Source of the DNA: Acidobacteriota bacterium
GTDB taxonomy: Bacteria; Acidobacteriota; Thermoanaerobaculia; Multivoradales; UBA5704
NCBI GenBank assembly: GCA_040005235.1
Contig: JBDTZG010000095.1
Coordinates: 1-15,729 of the forward strand
Reading direction: 5' to 3'
Length of the DNA: 15,729 bases
The stretch's first letter is position 1. Every line of letters begins with the position of its first letter. Made by a program: the position numbers and the translations under genes. Positions 1-7,460 of the stretch are shown here, piece after piece. The notes below the pieces were generated by a model. It saw only the letters and a program-made list of their open reading frames with translations, did no database searches and was not told the origin of the DNA.

Positions 1-2
1 CG

Positions 3-332
3 CGGATCGCGGTGCGCTTCGACGACGGGGACAACGCGCCGCTCGGCGAGGTCGAGCTCGCCGTCTGGCGGCGGCGCGACGCGCTGGTCTTCGTCTGGCC
101 CGGCAACTCCGCCAAGGTCCAGCTGCTCGCCGGGGCGGAAACGATCGCCGCGCCCGACTACGATCTGGCCGCCCTGTCGGGCGAGCTGCTCGGCCGTCCC
201 TGGCAGGCGGGAGAGCTGGCCCCGGTCGTCCATGACGAGCCGCGCGGCCTACGCTTCCTTCTCCCCGTGGTGCTCGGCCTGGCGGGCCTGGGGCTGCTGT
301 TCCTGCTGCGCCGCATCCTGGCCACCCCGTGA
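3..332 (+). CDS. Partial (5'-truncated) DUF3999-like membrane-anchored protein, C-terminus
   Basis: The frame is open from the window edge (RIAVRFDDGDNAPL...). The D-x-G-D-N-x-P-L and AP-x-YDL motifs plus a C-terminal hydrophobic anchor followed by RR resemble DUF3999-type proteins, recognised from memory. Stop TGA at 330-332. Confidence 0.6.
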   Translation, partial: RIAVRFDDGDNAPLGEVELAVWRRRDALVFVWPGNSAKVQLLAGAETIAAPDYDLAALSGELLGRPWQAGELAPVVHDEPRGLRFLLPVVLGLAGLGLLFLLRRILATP

Positions 333-353
333 GCCCGGCGGTCCTTCCGCCGG

Positions 354-389
354 CCGTTGGCTCCGATGGCTCCAGTGGCTCCGTTGGCC
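354..389 (+). repeat. Four tandem 9-bp units (ccgttggct/ccgatggct/ccagtggct/ccgttggcc)
   Basis: Directly visible 9-nt period in the intergenic region. Confidence 0.85.
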
Positions 390-448
390 GGTCGAGGACC
401 GCCGTTCGCCGCCCGGCCCGAGACTTCTCCTCCGCGGCCGCGTAACTT
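380..448 (+). promoter_or_regulatory. Putative LytTR-type direct-repeat operator plus -10 element upstream of the liaF-like/lytS unit
   Basis: tCCGTTgGC (380-388) and gCCGTTcGC (401-409) are 9-bp repeats with a 12-bp spacer, which is the LytTR site geometry and resembles the AlgR core CCGTTCGTC. TAACTT (TANNNT) lies at 443-448. Confidence 0.55.
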
Positions 449-502
449 GTGGTCGAAAGAGGGCGGCTTTTGGGCCGCCCTTCTCGCCAAGGAGAATCGA
501 CG

Positions 503-1285
503 ATGGAACCCCTTTCCCTTCCTCCTCCTCCCACGGACAACCGCGTGGACCGTTGCTCCGGATCTTGGTTCGGCGGCCGCGTCGTTTTCGGCCTGGTTCT
601 GGCCCTGTTCGGCGGGCTGCTGCTGCTCGACCGTTTCGGCTGGATCGACGCCGACCGATGGTTCTACCTCTGGGCGCTGTTTCCGATCGCGATCGGCGTC
701 ACCAAGATCGTGCAACCTCGCCGCGATGGCGATCGGTTCGTCGGAGCGCTGCTGATTTTCATCTTCAGCGTGATCCTGCTCCGGAATCTCGGCTGGCTCG
801 ATTACCGCCTCGACGGCCGCCTCATCCTGCCCGGCGTGCTGTTGCTGGTCGGCATCCGCCTGATGACCACTCCGCGCCGCTCGTGGCGGCGGCGCGATCG
901 GTATCTGAGGGAGCCCGGAACGACCTCGTCCTCGGGCGACGAGATCAACACGTTCGCCATGCTCGGCTCGTCGCGCGTCTCCAACACCTCCAGCTCGTTT
1001 CACGGCGGCCAAGCCTCGGCGGTGCTCGGCGCCTGCGAGATCGACCTGCGGGGGGCTTCGATGCCGGCAGGGAACGAGGCCGTGCTCGACGTCTTCACGA
1101 TGTGGGGCGGAATCGACATCCTGGTGCCCGAAAGTTGGGCGGTGGTCGTCTTCGGAACGCCGATCCTCGCCTCGTTCGAGGACCAGAGGCAGGCCCCCGC
1201 GGCACCCAACGGACGGCTGATCGTCAAAGGATTCGCGCTGATGGGCGGGGTCGAGATCAAAAACCAGCGGAAGCGGGATTTTTAG
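503..1285 (+). CDS. LiaF-like membrane protein (N-terminal DUF5668/LiaF-type TM region, C-terminal DUF2154-like domain)
   Basis: RBS AAGGAG at 489-494 precedes ATG 503, so this start is preferred over 449. About four TM helices are followed by AVLGACEIDLR...MWGGIDILVPESW...MGGVEIK, typical of the LiaF C-terminal domain. Confidence 0.85.
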   Translation: MEPLSLPPPPTDNRVDRCSGSWFGGRVVFGLVLALFGGLLLLDRFGWIDADRWFYLWALFPIAIGVTKIVQPRRDGDRFVGALLIFIFSVILLRNLGWLDYRLDGRLILPGVLLLVGIRLMTTPRRSWRRRDRYLREPGTTSSSGDEINTFAMLGSSRVSNTSSSFHGGQASAVLGACEIDLRGASMPAGNEAVLDVFTMWGGIDILVPESWAVVVFGTPILASFEDQRQAPAAPNGRLIVKGFALMGGVEIKNQRKRDF

Positions 1286-1319
1286 CTCCCCAAGGAATCG
1301 GCGCGGGAGAACGTAAGAC

Positions 1320-2534
1320 GTGCATCCGATTTTCGCCGGCCGCGGACGGCTCGGGCTCTACCTCCTGGGGTGGAGCCCGCTCGCCGCGCTGATCGTCGTC
1401 CTGCTGGTCTGGCGGGGAGAGCTTTCCTGGGGCGAGGCGGCGCTGGTCGGCCTGCCGCTCGCCTATCTCTTCGCCTATCTCTGCCTCTCGGCCTGGTACC
1501 TGTGCCGCGCGCTGCCGCTCCGGCCGGGCCAGGGGGCCAAGCATGCGCTGGAGGTGCTCTCCGGCCACCTGCTGGCGGCGCTCGCCTCGGGGGCACTGTT
1601 GGCGCTCGCCGGGCGCGGCTGGTTGCTGCTGCTCTCTTCGATCGCCGGGCTCGACCGGCTCGACCAACGCTTTCCGGCCGTGGCGCCGATGCTCTTCGCG
1701 CTCGGCGTGCCGCTCTTCCTTTTGGCGGTCGCGTTCCACTATCTGTTGCTCGCGCTCGCCGCGGGAAGCGCCGCCGAGCGGCGTGCCCTCACCCAAAGAG
1801 TCCTCGCCCGCGAAGCGGAGTGGAAGGCGCTGCGCGCGCAGCTCGATCCCCACTTCCTGTTCAACGGCTTGAACACGATCGCGGCGCTCGCCGCAACCGA
1901 TCCGGCGGGCACCCGCCGAATGGCGATCCTGCTCGCCGAATTCCTCCGCCGCAGCCTGCATCTCGGATCGAACGAGGAGATTCCGCTCGCCGAGGAGGCG
2001 GCTCTCGCATCGTCCTATCTCGCGGTCGAACGGGCACGTTTCGGCGAGCGGCTCACGGTGATCGAAGCGCTCGATCCGGAGGCGCTCCGCCAAAAGGTGC
2101 CGCCGCTGTTGCTCCAGCCGCTGATCGAAAACGCCGTCCGCCACGGCATCGCCCAGCTCTTGGACGGCGGCGTCATTCGGATTGAGGGGCGGATCGAGGG
2201 GCGGATCGAAGACCGCCGGCTTCGCCTCGCGGTCGAAAACCCGTGCGACCCCGATCGGTCAACTCTTGCCGGCCAGGGCGTCGGACTGGCGAACGTCAAA
2301 GCCCGCCTGGCCGGCCGCTACGGCGACCGGGCGACGCTCACGGTTCTCGCGACGCCAGGGAAATTCCGGGTCGAGATCGAGCTGCCCCTTGCTGAAACCA
2401 CCGAAACCGCCGAAACCGCCAAACCCGCCGAGCTGGCTGAGGCGGCTGAGATGGCTCAGATGGCCGAAGAGTCAGGCTTGGACGGCGCCCGCCCGCTGCC
2501 GCTGCCCAGACCTGGAGAAGATCCAGGCGAGTAG
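1320..2534 (+). CDS. LytS/YehU-family sensor histidine kinase
   Basis: N-terminal TM segments, H-box ALRAQLDPHFLFNGLNTI, N-box LLQPLIENAVRHGI and G-box GQGVGLANVKARL. GTG start with GGGAGA upstream. Confidence 0.93.
   Translation: MHPIFAGRGRLGLYLLGWSPLAALIVVLLVWRGELSWGEAALVGLPLAYLFAYLCLSAWYLCRALPLRPGQGAKHALEVLSGHLLAALASGALLALAGRGWLLLLSSIAGLDRLDQRFPAVAPMLFALGVPLFLLAVAFHYLLLALAAGSAAERRALTQRVLAREAEWKALRAQLDPHFLFNGLNTIAALAATDPAGTRRMAILLAEFLRRSLHLGSNEEIPLAEEAALASSYLAVERARFGERLTVIEALDPEALRQKVPPLLLQPLIENAVRHGIAQLLDGGVIRIEGRIEGRIEDRRLRLAVENPCDPDRSTLAGQGVGLANVKARLAGRYGDRATLTVLATPGKFRVEIELPLAETTETAETAKPAELAEAAEMAQMAEESGLDGARPLPLPRPGEDPGE
2391..2469 (+). repeat. 9-bp-period coding repeat (GAAACC units, then TGGCT units) making a low-complexity kinase tail
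   Basis: gaaacc at 2394/2403/2412; (t/c)ggc(t/c) at 2434/2443/2452/2461. Encodes AETTETAETAKPAELAEAAEMAQMAEE. Confidence 0.8.
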
Positions 2535-4451
2535 GTAGAGGACCGCCACCAGGCCGAGCAGCGCGCGGTAGCCGGTCACTAAAGAGAGGTATTCGAGCGT
2601 TCCGCCGACCATCGCGCCGAGCAGGTTGGCGCCGAAATCGCGGGTCGAATCCTCGCTGTCGCGGAAGCGTTCGGCAAAGATCAGGTTCGCGACGAAGATC
2701 GGGAAGAACGCGAGGGCGGTCGCCGCGAAGAATCGAGGTAGCGGCGAAAGCTCGAGCAGCGCGGCGGAAGGAACCAGCGCGGCGAGCAGCAGACCGCCGA
2801 GCAAGAGCGTGAACAGCAGGGCGGGCCGGCCGATGCGCACTTTCCGCTCGACCTCGATCGCGATCAGCACGGTGGCCAGGATGCCCGCGAAGACCAGCGC
2901 GTTGACGAACCAGGTGGTGCCGAACAGTAGCGCGAACTGCACCACGCTCTTGGTTTCGAGCACCATGAACGCTGCGCCCATGCAAAACAGGTCGACCGCC
3001 CCGCGCATCGCGCCGAGCCGCCCGCCGGCCAGGCGGACCAGGATGAACGACGCGAGCAACACCAGTCCGAGCGTGATCGCGTAGCGGTTCGGCAGCTGGC
3101 GCTCCTTCAAGTAGACATAAGGGTGGTCGTCGGTCGCCGAAACGATCGGTGCTTCGGGCGGCGTCCAACGGGCGGCGCAGTGGACCCCTCCCGCCTCGCG
3201 CGCCGCGAGCAGCATCGAGAAACGCCCGGTGGACGTTTGCTCTCCCTTGGGCTCCGGCCCCAGCTCCAGGCAGGGCGGCGCGCCGAATGCGTTAGCCACC
3301 GTGCCCGCGATCCGGTCGAGCAGCCAGTCCTCCCGGTAGTAGTTGTAGAGGACGAACGCACCCCCCGGCCGCAGCCGTTCGCGCGCCGCGGCGATCGCCT
3401 CGGCGGTGAACAGATAGCTTTCGAGGCGGATCGCCGATTGGCCGCTCACCAGGGTGAGCGAGTCGGGCAGGGCGAAAATGATCAGGTCGTAAGTCTTCTG
3501 GGTCCGGCCGAGGAACGCCCGGCCGTCGTCGATGATCCCTAAAACCCTGGGGTCGGAATACGGGTGCTCCGGATGTCGCGCGCGCCCGACCGCCTGGATC
3601 TGCGGATCGATCTCGACCGCGTCGACGTGCGAAACCCCCGCGCGCAGAGCCGCCGCGACGTCGTTGCCGTTGCCCGCCCCGATCACCAGCACGTCGTGGA
3701 TCGGCCCGGTCACCATCTTGTAGGGGGTTTCGTAATAGCTCCCCGCGGTCTCGATCATCGCCTGGTGCGGAATGCCGTTCACCCGGATGTACTCCGGCAG
3801 GACTTCCACCCGGTAGTAGGGCGACCAGGTCTGATTCGGCCGGAAGCTCGCGTAGCCGAATACGCCCACCAGAGCGACCAGCGCCACCAGGTTGAGGACG
3901 TAGACCCAACCGCGCCGTTCGAGCAACGCCAGAAAGAGGAGCGCCACCACGACGGCCCAGGCGAGCGGCGGCGCGCCGAGCAAGGCGAGCAGGGCGAAGA
4001 CCACCACCCCGACGAACGATCCCAGAATGTCGAACCGGTAGGCGTCGAGCGGCGCGAGCCGGCCGAACCGTACCGCGACTCCGTGGGCGATCGCCGCCAT
4101 CACCGCGGTCACCGCGAGGAACACGGCAGGCAGCACGAACCAGGAGGGCAGGCCGTGGAACGTGACCGAGCCGAAATAGATCAAATCGCCGCCGCTCCGG
4201 TCGATGACCACCGGCTGGAACATGATCGGGGCGGTGACGACCGCGAGCGCGAGCGGCGCCCAGCGGAACAGGTCGGGACCCTTGGTCGCGCGCAGAAAGC
4301 CGAGGCCGATGCCCAAGAAGCTGCCGAGTAAGACGAAGTTCGAGAAGTACGATAGGTAGACCACGTGCGCGCTCGTCCAGCGAATCAGGACCAGCTCGGC
4401 GAACAGCATCAAGAAGCTGGCGAGAAACAATTCGAGACGATCTCGGCGCAT
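2472..4451 (-). CDS. Membrane-fused spermidine-synthase-like class I SAM-dependent transferase
   Basis: Likely start is ATG at 4451 (MRRDRLELFLASFLMLFAELVLIRW), because the ORF-track extension to 5006 overlaps the SDR gene. Multiple TM helices flank a Rossmann SAM domain: VLVIGAGNGND, DAVEIDP, DDGRAFL, YDLI. Confidence 0.88.
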   Translation of the reverse strand: MRRDRLELFLASFLMLFAELVLIRWTSAHVVYLSYFSNFVLLGSFLGIGLGFLRATKGPDLFRWAPLALAVVTAPIMFQPVVIDRSGGDLIYFGSVTFHGLPSWFVLPAVFLAVTAVMAAIAHGVAVRFGRLAPLDAYRFDILGSFVGVVVFALLALLGAPPLAWAVVVALLFLALLERRGWVYVLNLVALVALVGVFGYASFRPNQTWSPYYRVEVLPEYIRVNGIPHQAMIETAGSYYETPYKMVTGPIHDVLVIGAGNGNDVAAALRAGVSHVDAVEIDPQIQAVGRARHPEHPYSDPRVLGIIDDGRAFLGRTQKTYDLIIFALPDSLTLVSGQSAIRLESYLFTAEAIAAARERLRPGGAFVLYNYYREDWLLDRIAGTVANAFGAPPCLELGPEPKGEQTSTGRFSMLLAAREAGGVHCAARWTPPEAPIVSATDDHPYVYLKERQLPNRYAITLGLVLLASFILVRLAGGRLGAMRGAVDLFCMGAAFMVLETKSVVQFALLFGTTWFVNALVFAGILATVLIAIEVERKVRIGRPALLFTLLLGGLLLAALVPSAALLELSPLPRFFAATALAFFPIFVANLIFAERFRDSEDSTRDFGANLLGAMVGGTLEYLSLVTGYRALLGLVAVLYLLAWIFSRSGQRQRAGAVQA

Positions 4452-4474
4452 GGGGGGCCTCGGTTTGGAACCGA

Positions 4475-5380
4475 TCAGAGGTTTGTTTCTGTGGAACGCG
4501 GGAGTATAGCGTCGCCCGCCCGGTCCATCAGCTCCCCATATCCCTCCCGAAACGTCGGATAGAGAAATCGATAGCCGGAGCCAATCAGCCGGGCGTTCGA
4601 GCAGCGCTTGCTGCCCCGAGCCAAGCGGCCCTCGCCGGGCGCCGCAGAGATCGCCGGCTCGGGCAGATCGAGCCGGGCGGCGATCCAAGCGTAGATGGCG
4701 CCGAGGTCGGCGGGTTCGCAATCGACCCCCAGATAGATCCGCTCCGGCTTTGGGAGCGCCAGCAGGTGGGCGATCGCCCCGGCGGCGTCGTCGCGATGAA
4801 TTCGGTTGGTGAACAGCGGCACCGCCGGCCGGGTCGCGCGCCCCTCGGCCACCTCGCGGATCAGCCGCTCGCGCCCCGGGCCGTAGATTCCTCCCAGGCG
4901 CAGCGCCACGGCGGAGGCCGGGCCGCCGAGCGCGATCCGCTCCGCTTCGAGCAGAAGGCGGCCGGAGAAATGATCGGGCTCGGCCGGCGACTCCTCGTCG
5001 ATCCAAGTGCCCTGCCGGTCGCCGTAGACGGCGGTGCTGGAGACGAAGATCAGCCGGCGGGGCGCAGTTTTCTGGGACACGAGGACCGCGAGCAGGTTGT
5101 CGAGGCCCCGCACATAGGCTGCCTCGTACGCTTCGGGCGTCGACCCTCCGGCGCTTGCGGCGCTCGCTGCGTAAACCACGCCGTCCAGATCACCGGGCAG
5201 GTTGCCCAGGGTGGAGAGATCGGTGAGGTCCGCCGCGATCGGCTGGATGCCGCTCTCCGGATCGGCGGCGGTTCGCGACCGCTTGAGTCCCCAGACTTCG
5301 GCTCCCTCCGCGGCCAGACGGACTCCCAGCGCGCGGCCGACATAGCCGCAGCCGGCGATCAGGACGCGCATCGGCTTCAT
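4475..5380 (-). CDS. Atypical SDR / NAD-dependent epimerase-dehydratase family protein (YeeZ-like)
   Basis: Start ATG 5380 overlaps the upstream stop (ATGA). Motifs VLIAGCGYVG, FVSSTAVYG, LRLGGIYGPGR and NRIHRDD. Confidence 0.9.
   Translation of the reverse strand: MKPMRVLIAGCGYVGRALGVRLAAEGAEVWGLKRSRTAADPESGIQPIAADLTDLSTLGNLPGDLDGVVYAASAASAGGSTPEAYEAAYVRGLDNLLAVLVSQKTAPRRLIFVSSTAVYGDRQGTWIDEESPAEPDHFSGRLLLEAERIALGGPASAVALRLGGIYGPGRERLIREVAEGRATRPAVPLFTNRIHRDDAAGAIAHLLALPKPERIYLGVDCEPADLGAIYAWIAARLDLPEPAISAAPGEGRLARGSKRCSNARLIGSGYRFLYPTFREGYGELMDRAGDAILPRSTETNL
4503..4508 (-). promoter_or_regulatory. Putative -10 element (TATACT) for the spermidine-synthase-like gene
   Basis: TATACT on the minus strand about 50 nt upstream of ATG 4451, inside the 3' end of the SDR gene. 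This hexamer is rare in high-GC DNA. Confidence 0.45.
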
Positions 5381-6510
5381 ACCCCTTCGAGCCCCAGGTC
5401 TTCGTAGAGCGCGTCGAGCACCGCGCGGGTCCGCCGTTCGTGCGCCTCGGCGCTCGGCGTGCCGTTCGGGATCAGGGCGACCGCCAAGCCATGCTCGGGA
5501 TCGGCGAACGCCGTGGCGCTTCGGTAGCCGCTGTGGCCGAACGTCCGGAACGAACAGCGCCGGCCGTAGCCGTAGGGCACGGTCTCGATACCGTGGCGCT
5601 TTCCGTCGAGGATGAAACCGAGCCCCCAGTCCATCTCGTGGTGAAACGTGTGATCGAACATCCCCACTCGGTGCCGTGCGGTGATCGCCGCAACGGTCTG
5701 CGGACGGAGGATCTCGCTCCCCACGGGATCGCCGATTCGCCGCCCGCCGCCGAGCAGCATCTCGTAGAACCGGCCGAGCTCCCGGGCGGGACCCCAGCCA
5801 TTGCCGCCCGGCGAACAGGAGACCACTTTGGCCTCCTCTTCGAACCGGTGGCTCGGCTGACCCTCCCGCTCGGTGTTCCAACTCGGCGCGAGGAGCCCCG
5901 CGTCGCGCGCCGCGGCGAAGCGATCCGGCGCCATGCCGATCCAGGAGTCGGTCATCCCGAGCGGCTCGAAGATCTCCTTGCGGACGTAGCGCGCAAACGG
6001 CAGGCCCGACAATTCCTCCACCAGAGCGCCGAGCACGAACCAGCTGGAGGCATGGTGATAGCCGGCCTTCTGTCCCGCCACCCAGCGCGGCTCCGGCTTC
6101 ATCGCGCAGATCTTGGCCACGATCTGTTCGAACGGCAGGTCCGGCCAGCCGGTCTGCAACAGCCGAATCCCCGCCGTGTGGGTGAGCAGATGGCGGATCG
6201 TGATCCGCTCCTTGCCGTTCGCCGCGAATTCCGGCAGATGGTGCGCGACCGGATCTTCGAGATCGAGCGCCCCGCGCTCCCAGAGCCTGCCGATCGCCAC
6301 CGCCGCCACCGGTTTGGACGCCGAAAGCCAGATCATCAAATCCGTGGAGCGCAGGGCCACCCCGGGCCGCGCGCTGCCGATCGCGCCGTCAAACAGGACC
6401 ACCCCGCCCAGCGAGACATAGAGCTGCGCCCCGGAATGCAGCCCCTCGGCGATTTGGGCGTCGAGCGCCGCCAGGGTGCGCGGCAGGGTCGAATCGGTCG
6501 GCACGGTCAT
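5377..6510 (-). CDS. Serine hydrolase, beta-lactamase/class C esterase family
   Basis: S-x-x-K (SASK), RHLLTHTAG, a catalytic-position Tyr (GYHH) and FGHSG. No signal peptide. The start could be ATG 6510 or GTG 6504. Confidence 0.92.
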   Translation of the reverse strand: MTVPTDSTLPRTLAALDAQIAEGLHSGAQLYVSLGGVVLFDGAIGSARPGVALRSTDLMIWLSASKPVAAVAIGRLWERGALDLEDPVAHHLPEFAANGKERITIRHLLTHTAGIRLLQTGWPDLPFEQIVAKICAMKPEPRWVAGQKAGYHHASSWFVLGALVEELSGLPFARYVRKEIFEPLGMTDSWIGMAPDRFAAARDAGLLAPSWNTEREGQPSHRFEEEAKVVSCSPGGNGWGPARELGRFYEMLLGGGRRIGDPVGSEILRPQTVAAITARHRVGMFDHTFHHEMDWGLGFILDGKRHGIETVPYGYGRRCSFRTFGHSGYRSATAFADPEHGLAVALIPNGTPSAEAHERRTRAVLDALYEDLGLEGV

Positions 6511-6573
6511 TTATAGCGGGGAGCGTACGAGAAACCCGCCGGGAGAGGTAGGTTCGTCCCCCAAGCGTCCCGG

Positions 6574-6601
6574 TTGTCACCCTTTGATGGCACTCTAGCT
6601 T
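6574..6601 (+). promoter_or_regulatory. Putative sigma70 promoter TTGTCA-N16-TAGCTT
   Basis: -35 at 6574-6579 and -10 at 6596-6601, with purine-rich AAGGGGAAG before ATG 6627. Confidence 0.5.
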
Positions 6602-6626
6602 CTGAAGGGGAAGATTTATCTACCCA

Positions 6627-7418
6627 ATGGCATCTCGTGCGCTGCGGGCGCTGCAACGACTCCTCCACGAAGCGGAGGGTACGCCGGCCGATCCTCGGAC
6701 CGGGCGCGACGCGTTTGCCTCCTCGGCGCTCGAGAAGTTCTCGTTCGACGATTTCTCGCTCGACACCGGCGCCCTGCTCGACCGTTTGACCCGGGCCGGC
6801 GAGGTGCTCGAACGCGAGCGCCAGGATCTGGGCCTGCTGCTTGGCGAGATCCTCGACGCCCCTTCCGCGGAGCGTGCGGAGCTTCTCGCCGACTCCCGGT
6901 TCGTGAGCTTTTCGCTCGCCGACGCTCTGCTCGCCCAGGCCGAGATCCAGTCCGAAGGGATAGGGCTCGGCGACGCGGCGTTCATCGAGGAGGCCGATCC
7001 GACCGACCTTCCCCATCTCGCGCTCCAGATCGCGAACCGGCTCGATCTCGCCCGCCATCCCCCCGCGCTGATCGAAGATCTGAAGGCGCGCGCCTGGACC
7101 GCCCTCGGCGACGCCCACCTCCAGGCCGGCGATCCGGAAAGCGCCGGGCAGGCGCTCCGCGAAGGGGTGAAAAGCCTCGTCCGAGGCAGCGGCGACGTTT
7201 TGATCGAAGCGCGCATGTTGGAGCTGGAATCCGACCTGCGCTTCGATGCCGGTTCGACCATCGAAGCGGACGCCTTGCTGCGTCAGGCGATCTCGCGCCT
7301 GCGCGATGCGCACGAGATCGGCCGGATCGCCGGCCTGGACGCCAAGCGCCGCCGGGTGGCGGAGCAGGCCCAGGCCGCCCGGGCGATGAGCGGCCGGCCG
7401 AGCCACTCGCGGCGGTAA
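6627..7418 (+). CDS. Hypothetical alpha-helical, TPR-like protein
   Basis: Good GC3 codon usage. Helical-repeat segments LIEDLKARAWTALGDAHLQAGDPESAGQAL and EARMLELESDLR. Confidence 0.75.
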   Translation: MASRALRALQRLLHEAEGTPADPRTGRDAFASSALEKFSFDDFSLDTGALLDRLTRAGEVLERERQDLGLLLGEILDAPSAERAELLADSRFVSFSLADALLAQAEIQSEGIGLGDAAFIEEADPTDLPHLALQIANRLDLARHPPALIEDLKARAWTALGDAHLQAGDPESAGQALREGVKSLVRGSGDVLIEARMLELESDLRFDAGSTIEADALLRQAISRLRDAHEIGRIAGLDAKRRRVAEQAQAARAMSGRPSHSRR

Positions 7419-7432
7419 GGGCATCAACCCAC

Positions 7433-7454
7433 TTAATTGAGAATGGAGTATCAT
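7433..7454 (+). promoter_or_regulatory. Fur/Zur-like inverted repeat overlapping a -10 element (TATCAT) of the metal ABC operon
   Basis: AT-rich island ttaatTGAGAAT-gg-AGTATCAt. Each half-site is one mismatch from TGATAAT, but the spacer is 2 nt rather than the canonical 1. TATCAT at 7449-7454 is 6 nt before GTG 7461. Confidence 0.5.
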
Positions 7455-7460
7455 GGCGGC

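Noticed and set aside
4452-5881. Long N-terminal extensions of the 844-aa and 468-aa ORFs
   Set aside because: They are alternative-frame read-through over the SDR and serine hydrolase genes; real starts are 4451 and 5380.
5377-6510. Beta-lactam resistance gene
   Set aside because: No signal peptide, and it has an esterase-like motif set (Y-H-H, H-S-G); the fold alone does not support beta-lactamase activity.
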